Shown: positions 51,501-64,000 of the stretch, one piece after another
Numbering within the stretch: the first letter of the stretch is position 1
Layout of the letters: each line of letters begins with the position of its first letter
Assembly (NCBI GenBank): GCA_047967505.1
Contig: CM106538.1
Source of the DNA: Dipteris shenzhenensis
Taxonomy: Eukaryota
Length of the DNA: 64,000 bases
Direction: 5' to 3' (one strand)
Program-made: the position numbers and the translations under genes
The notes under the pieces: model-generated
Told to the model about the DNA's origin: nothing
The model's input: the letters and a program-made list of their open reading frames with translations, nothing else
The model's database searches: none

Positions 51501-53090
51501 CTCGAAATTGAACAACACTACTCTGAGGCTAACAAGCATGCTTTGTCTTTGGTGTTCTGCATTGAGAAATTTAAGCATTATGTGGCTGGAAAGTCCTTCA
51601 TCATAATCTGCAGCAATGGTCTTGCAAAGCAAGTTCTTCAATCACCAAATCCCATGGGCCAATTGGCAATTTTACAAGAATATGATTTTTCTTTCAAAAT
51701 TGTAAAAGGGGGTTGTTCCAACTTGAAGAATGCTTTGTTTGATTTAGAGGAGTGCCTAAATGTAACCCTTGTAGCGGCCATAGAAGTTGGGGATCCATGG
51801 TATGGTGGTATCTACAGGTTTCTGACTGCTTTCTCCTTCCCTCCAAAAAGTACTCGCTATGCGAGAAAGAAAATTCGTAGAGATAGTAGGGGCTACACTC
51901 TCTTTGATGGGGTGTCATACTGTCAAGGCCTGGATGGGGTACTAAGACGGGCCATTGATGCAAATGAAGTACCTAACGTATTGAAGCATTATCATGATGG
52001 ATTTTGTGGAGGCCACTATGCCGGTGACTATACAGCAAAGAAGATTTTACATGCTGGGTACTATTGGCCGACCTTGTTCAAGGATGTCACTATGTATTGC
52101 AAAACTTGTGAACCATGCCAATTCTTTGGTAGGAAGGATTTGCGTCCTGGGCAACATCACCCAGTGATGTCCATCCATCTGTTTCAGAAGTGGGGAATAG
52201 ATTTTGTTGGGCCCCTACCCATGACTGCTTACAAAAAGAAGTATCTTTTGGTAGCCACTCAGTATGTCACTAAGTGGGCTGAAGCTATCACCCTCCCCGC
52301 TGCAAATGGTAAGGTAGTTTCAAATTTCATATTTGAACGTATCTGCACAAGGTTTGGGACACCCATGAAAATAGTATCTAACCATGGGAGTCCATTCTTA
52401 AATGAAGCAGTGGAGTTGCTCATGGATCGCATGGGTATTGATCACCGCACTTCTAGCATCTATCATCCAGCATCCATGGGACAAATAGAGCAGACCAATG
52501 GCCTCCTTTGTAAATCCATGGGAAAAATGGCCACAAGGAATAGGAGCCAGTGGGATCAGAAGGTCACTGAAGCTGTGTGGGCTTACAACATCACTCATAA
52601 AACGTCTACAGGTCACACTCCTTTTGAGTTGGTGTATGGTACTGAGGCAGTTTTACCACTAGAGATAGAGATTTTGGCCTTGAGATTAGCACGCGAATAG
52701 AGGATGAGAGAAGATGAACATGTAGAGGCCAGGTTGGTACAACTTGAGAAGGTAGATGAAACCTGACGTCTTACACTACATCAAACAGAGATCCAAAAGA
52801 ATCGACAAAAGGCCCACTTGGATGCTAAAATTTGCAAGGGATGGGAAAGACACTTTGCTGAGGGGGATGTTGTGCTATGCTTTGATAATAGATTAGACCA
52901 CCAAATGGATAAGAAGTTCCTGCCACTGTGGACTCTGGTCCATACAAAGTCATCAAGGAATGTAGCAATCGGTCTGTACAAGTTCAGGAGTTGCATGAGC
53001 CATATGGCAAGAAGGTGATCAACAAGCATTATCTCAAGCCCTTCTTTGTGCGTGATGGTCCCAGGCATAGAAATGTTGTGCTTTCCCTGC
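48515..53090 (+). pseudogene. Gypsy E gag-pol (gag, knuckle, PR, RT, RH, INT; no aRH inside pol)
   Basis: MADIPVF.G...ENPNEYL, CYECHQKGHYHTEC, VDGGAACNIM, MPFGLTNAPATFQR, FLDDL, HDGFCGGH...CKTCEPCQ, WGIDFVGP. Confidence 0.92.
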
Positions 53091-53725
53091 TTGGGGGGGG
53101 ACTGTTATGGATAAATTTGACCAAACTAAAAGGCATAAATATGTGTGTGTGCTTGTATGTGTGGCAATAGTATAATAAAATATGGTGTGCATAAGGCCTA
53201 GGGTTGAGGTGGCAGGGCATGACCATGTGCCACCATTCCATGTAAGAGGACCCATAAGGTGTGTTGTACATAATCCATGGTAGTAATAATATAAAATGAT
53301 AGATATTATATTGGATTATTCCTTCCATGTAGGATAGGCCCATGTGGGGGGGGGTGTAGAAAGTCCAAGAATGCAAGTTAAATAATGGGAAAGTAGGATG
53401 AGGTGGCAAGATTCCTTGTGCCAACCCTCCACTTGTCCTCCTAGATGTTTGAATGTATTATAAAATTGGGAAGAGACCAAGGGAGTATCTTAGACTTGGG
53501 ATATGGGGGTTGATGTATGTGGAAAAATGAGGCAAAGGGTTGTCACACACAATTGAGAATGTGTAACTGCCTAGCCCACATGGGACACTCTTCCACACAC
53601 ACCATGCATGTGGGAGGATGCATTTATTGGGAGAGACCCCTTCTCTTGGCTATAAAAGGAGGGGGGTATTCCTGGATGGAACACGCTCATTCTTGTAAAG
53701 CCACCTAGCTAGTACTTCGATTTCT

Positions 53726-56700
53726 AGGGAAAGGCCAAGAGACTTGATATGAGCAGCAGACGGGAAATAGAAGAAGAACTAAAAGAAACAAGCATAAAAG
53801 AGGAGTCAGACAGTGAGACTACAGAAGAAAGTACTACATCTGAGGAGGAGGGGCAAGTATCATTTCTGTTGAGAAGATAAGGAGGAGAGTAAGCTTGAAG
53901 ATATGGATAACCTGATGCAACCCCCACCTTCCCAGACAGAGAGAGAAGAGATATTGCTATCCATGCTGAATTCCAGTCTAGAAGAAGTGGAGAAGGAGGA
54001 GTATATGAAAGTCATTCATCAGTATTCAAAGTTGTTTATTACCTCACATGAAGAGATCAGGGGTTTCAGATGTGAGCCAATGCACATTGAGTTGAAAGAG
54101 GGTAGCAGGCCTATTTTTCAAAAATTGAGGAGGACACATAGAGAGGTTTTGCCTATGCTGAGAGAGGAGTTAAATAAGTTGCTCAGGGCTGGGCTGATAT
54201 ATCCAATGGAGCACTTAGAGTGGTGCACTCTAGTGGTAATCATTCCTAAGCACATAGGAGGATGGAGAGTATGTATTGATTACAAACCTCTCAATGCGGT
54301 AACAAAAAGCAATCATTATCCTCTTCCTTTTATTGATGATATATTGGATAGAGTGGCAGGGTATGAGAAATACAGTGTGTGTGATGGATATTATGGATAC
54401 TTCCAAATTTCAATTGCAGAGGAGGATCAAATCAAAGCTACATTCATCACACCGTGGGGTTGCTTTTGTTATAGAGGAGTGCCACTTGGATTGAAGAATG
54501 CACCGGCCTGGTATTAGGAGAATACTGATGAAGTGCTAGCCCCTTTCATCCATAAATTTGTGAGAGCATTTTTGGATGATATATGTGTGTATAGTTCTAA
54601 GAGAGAGCATGCATGGAGGTTGGATCAAGTGTTCTACAGAATGGATGAAGTAGGAGGACAATTCAATCCATGGAAGTGTCATTTGGGATGCTCCAAAGTG
54701 AAGTTATTGGGACATATAGTATCTCAAAATGGCATTGAGCCTAATCTAGAGAAGGTGAAAGCCCTTATCTTGCTCCTAGATCCCTCTACATCTAAACAGT
54801 TGCAGACTTTTATGCAGAAAGTGAAGTACATGATAAGATTTATACATTTAGTCTCTCAGTTGTTGTATCCTTTACAACAAGCTATGAAGGAAGAACCTCT
54901 GCAATGGAGTGAGGATTGTGAAGCAGTGTTCAATAGAGTGAAGGAAGTGTTGGAGAAATTGCTTGTGTGAAAGCTCCAAATTTCTCTCAAACCTTTTATG
55001 TAAGCCCTTCATTTGGACTAGATGTTGTGGGAGCCATCTTATTGAAGAAAGGGGAGGAGTCCTGTTATATGAGGCCTGTGTATTATGCTAGTAGAGTTAA
55101 GATAGAAGCATAGAGGAGATATACAGAGGTAGAGCTGATTCGGTTAAGCTTGGTGTATGCTTGTAGGAAGTTCAGGGCATATCTTATCTCAAAACCATTT
55201 GTGGTTTTGACTTGCTACTCTTTATTGCTCAGCTTATCAATACTTCAACACTTTCTCGAAGCATGATGAAGTGGTTGGTTGAGCTACAAAATATACTTTC
55301 TCATTTCTGGTGGAGAGCACTTCTAGAGCCACACTGGCAGATCTGTTAACATACAAAGAGGGTCCCATTTTGGTGAAGGAAGTGGAGAAGAAGATAGATA
55401 AAGAGGAGCAAGCTATCATTCCAGGAGCATCTATCTTGCATTTTGATGGCTCATACATGAAGAGTTTACATCAAGCTAATGGAGGCTATGTGATAACTGA
55501 TTCAGAGAGCAAGCTGATTCAGAAGGAGGGAGTTCATCTGGAAGCTAGAAGCAATAATGAGGTAGAGTATGCAACATTATACGAGGGGTTACTGGCTACA
55601 CTTAAGTTGAAGATTCAAAAGATAATGATCAAGGGAGATTCTCTACTAGTTGTAAAGCAGGTCCTAGGAAGTTGGCAAGCAAGAAACCTGAGGTTGAGAG
55701 GGTATCTAGCCAAAGTGATAAGGTTGCTTCAACAATTTACAGCATGTAATATCCAGCATGCGCGAAGGGAGGATAATACAATGAATTGGCTCAGGAGATG
55801 AGTGATCAAGATCCAGTGATAGCAAGGCTTGAAGATCCATTGTACAGAGGGAGAGAATTCTCGGCTGAGATAGTGGATTTCTTACTTACTGGGCCATCTA
55901 CCTCAGGAGCTTAAGAAGAGCCAGAAATATCACTTCATACAAAAGAGAAGATAGTTTATGATGATTGATGATGAGCTTTACATGAGAGGGGCTGATCAGA
56001 TTTTGAGGAGAGTGCCTTGGAGAGAAGAGATATATCATATACTATCGTCCAGGAGCTTGTGGAGGACACTATGCTTTTAAGATTACACTATAGAAAATAC
56101 TTATGGAGGGTTATGTGTGGCCTTCAATATAGAAGGATGTGCACTACTGGTGTAGATCCTGCCATGAATGTCAGAGGATGGGAAAAAGAATGCTTACAAT
56201 GGAGCTAAGAAATATTATGCTGGTTTATGATATTTTTGAGAGATGGGGGATAGATGCAGTTGGTCCTCTACCCAGAACTGCCAGAGGGAAATGTTATATG
56301 TTGACCGCAGATGTTGACCGCAGTGGAGTACTTATCAAAATGGGCAGAGGTGAAGGTAGTAAAAAAAGTGGACAGCAAAGGGGTTGCTGATTTCATACAT
56401 GAACACATATGCTACAGATTTGGAATTCCCATGGAGATACTTTCAGACAGTGGTCCTGGATTCAGAGGAGAAGTGATGGATTACTTGTGCAATAAGCTGA
56501 ATATAAATCATAAGCACATCACCCCATACTACCCTCAGTGCAATAAGTTGAATGAGAAATTTAATGGAAATTTTAAATTGATGATGACTAAGATGACAGG
56601 AAACCACACAAAGAACTGGGATTTGGAGATGAATCAAGTTCTGTGGACATACAGGGTAGCGGTGAAGCGTAGCACTCAATTCTCTCCATTTCATTTGGTA

Positions 56701-57285
56701 TATGGGAAAGAAGCAATTCTACCATTGGATGTGGAGATATCAGCTTTGAAATTTTTGGTTGAAGAAGGATATGAGCATGTAGAAAGTTACAAGGAGAGAT
56801 TACTGGCACTGCAGGGTGATGCAGTTAGACAGGGATTTGGCTTTTGAGCATTATGCCAGAGTATAAATGCGGAGGCAAGAATTGAAAAATGCAAAAATCA
56901 AGAAAAAAGGAACTGAAGATGGAGACTTGTTTCTCAGATATAACAGCAAACTGGATAGCACTTTTCATACTGCTTTTCAGACCAAGTGGAAAGTTCCATA
57001 TAGAGAGGAAAAGCAATTTGAAAATGGAACTTATCAATTGACTAATCCTCGACTAATCTAGATGGTAAAAAAACATAAAAAAAGTGTCAATGGTGTTCTG
57101 TTGAAGAAATACTTTGCATGGTTAATGGTAGCGCTGAAAGAGGAGGATCATGAAGATGATGAGTTGCGGCAAAACCCATGGAAGTCAGTGCAAAGTGAAG
57201 AAGAAGAAAATTTGGATCTTTCATCTCTTTTTGGCTCACTGCTATTGGACATGAATGTCATAGTAGAAGAAGGGGTTGCTAAAGA
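53726..57285 (+). pseudogene. Gypsy D pol remnant: RT, RH, aRH, INT
   Basis: WRVCIDYKPLN, FLDDICVYS, LHFDGS...SNNEVEY...IKGDSLLVVKQV (aRH), WGIDAVGPLP, YYPQCN. Confidence 0.92.
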
Positions 57286-58832
57286 TGTGTGGACATAAAT
57301 GTAAATATGTATTTTCCTTGTTGCATGCTCATGGGTAGGTGCATAGCTATGTACATAGCTAGTTGGAGGAAATGAGCTATGGATACTCTCATAAAGACTC
57401 TACGCAGATGTACAAATGGTAGATACTTCTACAGGGACTTCTGGAAGATGATGAAAAGTAGTGTGGTTGCAGTAGACACTCCAGAGCAATTGGTGTGGAA
57501 TGACATGCCTTTCATTGTTGTCCTATGTCTTGTGTTTATAATGTCATGAGTGTTTTTCCTTTTGTCTTGAGTCATGTGAACTTCCCATGAGTCGACATGG
57601 TTTGGTGTAAAGAGATTAGTAGAGGCATGCAAGTGGTTGAATGCCTATCTAGAACCATGTGTGCACTAAGTCTAAAGTTTGGAAACAGGCATTTAAAGCT
57701 TGGTGTATGAATTGGGAGAAAATATTTGGGAGTGGTAAAAAGGAAGCATGAGGTGGCTAATAGAAGTGACATGGCTTGTATTAAGAAAAGCATGCATGCA
57801 TGCTACATAAGGGAAAAAAAGAGACTTCTGGTGGATGAGCTGGCAAGTATGCGTGATGACAGCAACCAAGAAAAAAGAAGCTTCTTGTTGTGGAGCGGAG
57901 GTGCATACGGGATCTAGAGGAGGTGGGACGATATGCTGGAGGAGGGAGAGATGAAGTGGGAGGCTTGGAAGGAGGAGAGGAGAGGCAACGCTACTATAGG
58001 AGTAGGGGACCTTGGATGAAGAGGAGCTAGGGAAGCGCAACCGTGAGTGGGAGAAGGAGTCTATGAGCACACGCAGGATCATCACAGGAAGAAGGAGCTA
58101 CTGGAAATTTTTGTAGGGGGATCATGCTGCTGAACCAGGGATCTCAGAGGGTAGAGAGGAGCTTTGGAAGAGAGCGTAGGTTGCTACTGCTGAGTGGCTA
58201 GAAGGAGCTCAGAAGCGGGGGCCAGGATTGCGCAAAGAAGGGAAAGAGACCAGGGACTGTGGCTTTGGGGAGCTCTCTAGGGGTTCAGAGGTTGCAAATA
58301 TATGAAGGAAGGGAGCACGCATTGCGATGACTGAGTGGGTAAGGAGGAGATCAGGAGTGCAAGGGGAAGATATGTGCGTTGCCACTGGAGGCCTGAAGGG
58401 AGGTGAGGGTGACATAGATAGAGGACACCGTAGACAAAGTGGAAGGCTTGGAAGGTGGAGAGGAGAACCGTGAGCTAGGGAGGTCAATCGTTGCTCTGTG
58501 GAAAGCTTGGTTGGAAAGGATTGTGTGCAATAAGGAGTAGATAGAAGGACAGGAGAGTTAGAAGCTACGGGTTGACGGCCTAGGGGTATGCATTCACTTC
58601 AGAGCTTATTGCAGGAAGATTATGGCTAAGCAAATGCCCAGTGATTCTAAGAGACCAAGTTAGCTCTAGAGGTTCCCAGAGATGACGATCTGTTGTAGTT
58701 GACTAAGCAGGGTTTTTTGTTGAAGGGTGGCTATTGTATGTACATATAACTGTGGGTAGGAGAAGCCATAGTCTCGAATATGCATGTGGGTCTTGAAAGA
58801 GGAAGAGGATGACTGTAGGAGCACCTTAGTAG

Positions 58833-59430
58833 TGTGAAGAGAGTGGGAGGGAAGTAAGGAGTCTCACTTGCGGCTTTTTCACATACATAATGGGGGAATA
58901 TACACAAAGGTGGAGGCTGAAAATAGTTTTCCTCTTCTTAGTTGTGAAAGCCAAAAAGAACTCTCTCTAAGTACAAAAGAATAGGTGAACCCTATATGTG
59001 GGTCTCAAACCAAACTCAGCTAACTAAGGTGTCATACTAACTGAGCCACTAACTATAGTACATAAAGATAGCTATCATCCAGCTATTATTCATGGGTGGT
59101 GTACCAACCGCATCTACAGCTAACAAGTCGGTGACATAAATGCACAACGATCACCCTGGCATATCACGAGTGGAGCTCGATATCTCAACACTCCCCCTCA
59201 GGCTCAATCCCAATTCCTGCATACCAAGCAGGTCTCTGAACTTGTGCAGCTTCTCTGCACCCAATGCCTTCGTGAATATGTCAGCTACTTGATCCTCTGT
59301 GCCGACATAAACTAGATCAATAAGACCTACTAGAACCTTCTCTCGAACATAGTGATAATGCACCTCAATGTGCTTTGTTCTAGCATGATAGATTGGGTTA
59401 TTTTCCAAGTGTATACTGCTCATGTTGTCA
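58833..59430 (-). mobile_element. Copia A-family fragment (RH C-terminus, PPT and complete 3' LTR 58833-59190) inserted in the 3' LTR of D
   Basis: HARTKHIEVHYHYVRE...LRGSVEISSSTRDMPG; LTR homologous to 14243-14594. Confidence 0.9.
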
Positions 59431-59820
59431 TATTGGGGTGACGAGACCCTCCATAGGCCTTATTAGTTCTCAATCCATTTTCAAGCTAATCCACACCTTA
59501 TGAGGCCTTTTTGAGTCCAAAGTTCTCCTTATGTATGTTTCTTCAGTAACATATCTGGTTCATTTAATGTCAATCCTTCCATTTAGACAACTTGGATTTG
59601 TTTGTCTCGGATCTATTGCTTCATCACATGTTAGCACATTAAGTTAATCTTGGCACAACTAGTCCCCTATCAGTTACTAATCTTCTTTTCCATGTGAATA
59701 TGTGCTCATGTACAGACCAAATGCTATTGAGCTTGCAAATCACATTGTCCTTGTTTATTAAAAGCTACTACACACTGATAGGACAAAACCTGTATCAAGT
59801 TTTTGAGCACTATATATAGT

Positions 59821-62800
59821 TGTGGGTAGGCACATAGTTGTACACATCTAGGGTATGTGTGGGCTTTTGGCATTTGTGGATTTTTCTTTCACAAGCATGA
59901 TGGAATGATGTATAGTTTTTTGAGACAATAAAGTATGTTTTGCAGGCACTTCATGGGAAATGATGAAATGTAATGTGGTTGTACCAGATCTCCAGAGCAA
60001 GGGTATCCACTGTGTGGTCAAGTGAAAATGTTTTTAGGGTCATGTAAAATCAAGTCATGAAGGGTTTTTTTTTTAAATTTTCCTGAGTCAATGTGGTCTT
60101 GCATGTTATGGGAATTTGATATGTTCTGGTGTCCATGTCAAGGGGCTTTTCATGTGGGTGTAGGGGGGTGCATGCAAGCTTTAATGTGCATGCTAAAGTG
60201 TGTGGGAATTGTGTGATTAAATGTCCAAAATGTGCATTTAATGTGCCTTGGGGGTATTTGAATTTTTTTATACATTGTCTATGGAGATCGTGTGCACCAG
60301 GTCTAGGGGAGAAGCTATGACGATGGAGTCCCTAATACAAGAGATAGTTGATCATTAGTTGCACGTGAGCTAGAAGCTTGTTCGAAGAGTGCAGGCTTGT
60401 AAGTGACGAATGAGTCACCGACTATTGCTTTTGGCTGGAGTTCTTGATATGGGCTAGGATCTTCATGCTAAGGAGGGCATGTGATTAGAGGTTAGGCTGC
60501 TGTATTTGAAGAGAGTTATGGATGCTAAGGCTTGATGACAGAGAAGGTGATACTATGGTAGCACTACTATGAAGGCATGAAGGAGAAGAGAGATGTAGGT
60601 GCTCTGTGAGCAAGTACATGAGCTTTGAGGCTGTTACCTTTGTGTGGAAGACCTTGGGTGACAAGGAAGGTGATGATGTGGCACTATCTTAATCATATGC
60701 CAAGCTATGAGCTGCTTACTCTTGTTGGGAGCCTAAGAAGCTTGGCTTGTGCCATGAGTATAGGTTGTTTGCTTTTGTTGGAGTCTTGGGGTGCTGGGCT
60801 GTAAATCTCGATTGCAAATTTGGAGTGGACATATTATGAATGCTCTGTGATGATAAGAGAGGCCGTGTTACTGGTGCAGTTATGACTATGTGAAGAGTTA
60901 TGTGGTGTTGTCCTTGATGGAAGCTTAGGAGTTTTGGCTGTGAGTTCATAGAATTCTGAGGCTGGTTCTTTTTTGAGTTTTGGCGGAAAGTTCAGTTCTA
61001 AGTTTATCGATTTCGGGTTGTGTAGTCTTTTGGTTCTCTTTGAGTCTATGTGGTTCATGTCCAGTCATATTTTTTTTGTGGGGGTTTGTCTCAGTTCCTG
61101 TGTCAAGGATCCTTGCTCTGGATACTGGTGCACATGCTCTTGAACTCGAGCCCACATTGCTACTGATCCCTTGAGTTTCTGTTGCAGTTTGTTTTCTCTT
61201 ATACAAACCTGAAAGTATATGATGATTTTATCTTTGGATCTTGGCTCAGAAGTACTCGATGTGTACTTTGAGGGTTTTCAGATTGGTGTTGTTCAATGAG
61301 GTTCTTGGGTACCAGTGGTCTTTGCTTTTGTGGGTGAAAGAAGAGGAATGGGCAAGGGTAACCCTAGTTGATGAGGAGGACCTTCCTGAGTATGTATATC
61401 ACATGGAATTTTGTGAAGAAGAAGAAACTATCTGAGTGATTGTCTGTGTTTACTGGAATCAAAGGTTGGTGCATGTGTGTTATCTTAGCTTCTTTTGTCC
61501 ATACCGTTTCTGTATATCATCTTTTTGGCGATCCTGTAGGGGACCTCGGGTTTTGAAGTGAGATTGGGTAGTCAAGAGAAAATAGCCTAGAAGATTGGCT
61601 GGGGAATGTTGCTTGAATCTGTGTGTGGTTAGGATTTAAACTATGAAGACAAAACCTTGAATGAGGGTGATTTGTTGTGAGTTATGTGGGGAGTGTGGAC
61701 ACAGGAGAGAGAGATGCCTTGATGTTGAACTTCGACTGATACGTCTCCGTGCTAAGGTTCAGAAGGCTTTGAAAGTGATTGCTCTTAGGAAGAAGAATGC
61801 CAGTCAGATGCAGGGTAAGTTTTCTTCAGTAGAGTGATTGTTTTTGTTTTCTTCCCAGAAGAGGTTGGGTGGTATTTCTGGTTGGGAGTGTGTCTGAGAT
61901 AAGTCAATCAGGAGGAGAGATGGCTCATGAATTTCCTTGATTTCACGGGTTGCCCAATGAAGACCTAGAGAGGTTTCTAGAGTGTTTGGAGTTCACAGCT
62001 CTTATTAAAGATAGCAATGCTCCAGAAGTCCTTCTTCAGATTCTATCCTTTTGGCTGTTGGGAGAAGCGAGAACTTGGCTGCAGACTTTCTCTGCAAGGA
62101 TGCATGATGATAATGGTGCTCATAGAAACCTGACTTATCCAGAGGTGAGGGCAGCTTTCCTGGACAAGTTTATGTGTGTTAGAGATCCTGATGGCATATG
62201 GAGAGAGCTATGTTTATTGCAGCAATAGTCGACCCAGTCAGTGGATATGTCGGCAAGTTCACTGTGTTGTGGAATAAATGGCAGGTGGCCTTATTACTTG
62301 AAGTTCCTCCCAGAGTCATAAAAAAGGATAGGTTTGTTGCTGGAGCCGGAGATTAGGATAAAGATTGAATGTAAAGAGCTGGTCACTTATGAGGATGCTC
62401 TCAGGGTGGCAAAAGAGAAGGAGAGGAAGCAGATAAGATTGATGATGCAGGAGATGCCAATGGTTCAGCATGTGCTTGAAAGTCTCTCTCATGTGAAGCC
62501 AAAAATATAGAAACCTGAAGTTAGAAAGGAGGAGAATATAAAAGAAGAAATTCATGAAATGTCGGAGCTTATGAAGAGTTTGAGTTTGAACTTGATGAAC
62601 AATAGGGAAAGAGGTAGATCATTGGGTGATTATGGCAGAGGCAGCATGCCTTCTTCAAATAATTTAGGCCCGTGGCAGGCAAGATGAGGTCAAGGGTCAT
62701 TTGCACCTTGTGTCCAGTGCTTTAATTGTGGAGAGTGGGGACATTACAGCACACACTCTGATAAGCTTTCTCGTGCTGGAGGTGATGTTTATCCATTGCC

Positions 62801-64000
62801 AACAAGGTTAAATAATAGGGTGAATGATCACAGCGTAGAAGTAAAAGATGCAGCTCAGCCTAGTACCTCTGGAATTCATAAACCCACTACAAAAGAGAAA
62901 GGGAAAGGTAAGGTAGTTACATTTGGCTTGTTGGAGTTGGAGGAAGTCAAAGATGTCATGCCATTAGGGAAGAGACATAGAGAAGAGGAGGTTGCTCTGA
63001 GTGCAAAGAAGCAAAAGTAGTCTGAGGAGATGATGACCTACCAAAAGAAGAAGAGCAGGAAGCCCAAAAGGAAGTACAGAACTACAGATTATCCAATAGG
63101 GAAGGAGCAGGGAGAGTATGATATGGTGGAAGATCTTTCAGTGAGGAAACTAGACATTACATTTGCCCAAATGATTGGTATGTGCCCAAAGCTTAAAAAA
63201 GAATGGAGGCGGGCTGTAAATCCAGCAAAGAAGAACTCTCATAAAGGTACAATTCAGCTGATGTGTGTCTCAAAGTTGCCAGATCTTTTACCTACTGTGG
63301 AAACTTGGCATAAAGGAAAGGGACTTGGAGAGGCGTATATAGATGGGGGTGCATAGATTTGTGTGATTACCTAGGCTTGTGTGGAGAGATTAGGGCTGAA
63401 GATATCTTGCTCCTCCAGTTATCGCATTAGAATGGCAAACCACTCCAAGGTGAATACTTTAGGGATAGGGAGGTTGAGGCATTCAGTGTTTCTTGTCAAG
63501 TGGATTGTCATGTGATGCCTGCTGGGTTGGGAGCCTATCCTTTAATTCTTGGAAGGCCATGGTTGAGGAAGGTAGGTGTAATTCAAAATTGGCAGAAAGG
63601 AATCTTTTCTGTACATACGAATGGGAAGAAATTGAATTTCGATATGGTAAGCAGGGCTGAAGTTTCAGATTCAGCAAGTGAAGAGGAAGAGAGAAGTGAG
63701 ACCAACAGTGAGGATGAGTGCTTGGTGACTTTATAAAGTGATGAAGGAACAATAGAATTGGTGGATCTGGTAGATGAGGATTCACAAGTAGATTTTGTGG
63801 GAGTAGCAGGGTTCGATGAGGAAGAGGTGGACAGGCTTGAGGTTATCGAGGAATTGATGCAGCCCAAATGTTCTCAAGAATCAACCTAGGTGATCATTGA
63901 ATCCTGATCTCAATGTTGAGGAGAAAGAAGAATATTTGAAGATGTTGCAGAAATACCCCAATTTGTTTATCACCTCTTATGAGGAGATTAGGAGATTTAA
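59821..64000 (+). mobile_element. Ty3/Gypsy element F (related to D), runs off the window; LTR boundaries tentative
   Basis: Probable LTR 59821-~61519, PBS-like TGGCGATCCTGTAGGGGAC (61526-61544), gag ATG 61920, knuckle CFNCGEWGH, PR YIDGGA...LILGRPWL. The pre-RT segment EKEEYLKML..YPNLFITSYEEIR is homologous to D. Confidence 0.85.

Larger units (their letters stand above)
42791..53725 (+). mobile_element. Ty3/Gypsy element E nested in the 5' LTR of D; 3' LTR truncated
   Basis: 5' LTR 42791-~43797, PBS 43802-43819, gag at 48515, PPT G-run, and a 3' LTR at 53103-~53725 matching the 5' LTR. Confidence 0.9.
41351..58832 (+). mobile_element. Ty3/Gypsy element D (Tat-like, aRH between RH and INT), interrupted by element E, gag region deleted
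   Basis: Homologous LTRs at 41351-42790 (cut by E) and 57286-58832 (cut by a Copia). Pol remnant at 53726-57285. Confidence 0.85.

Overview
Repeat-dense eukaryotic DNA from a land plant, judged by the TTTAGGG repeats, tRNA-primed LTR elements and heavy C>T decay; a fern or other seed-free plant is a guess. The only clearly intact host gene is a two-exon EG45-like / plant natriuretic peptide gene at 4169-5134 (-). The rest is nested transposons: three Copia elements plus a Copia fragment, three Gypsy elements, two gag-only LTR elements, several MITE/foldback elements and two decayed Sola-like (DUF7869-type) DNA transposases. The most unusual locus is about 24.7-40 kb. Removing a Copia insertion (TSD ACCAT) restores in frame a gene of about 690 codons with a ParB/Srx-like 'PIDGQH' motif. 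That gene runs divergently from a Sola-like transposase. Between them lie a GC-rich island with repeated 16-bp palindromes and a ~1 kb degenerate telomere-repeat array. A second highlight is a tRNA-His-primed Gypsy element that carries an extra RNase H plus zinc knuckle upstream of gag. All domain calls come from motifs recognised by eye; no searches were run.
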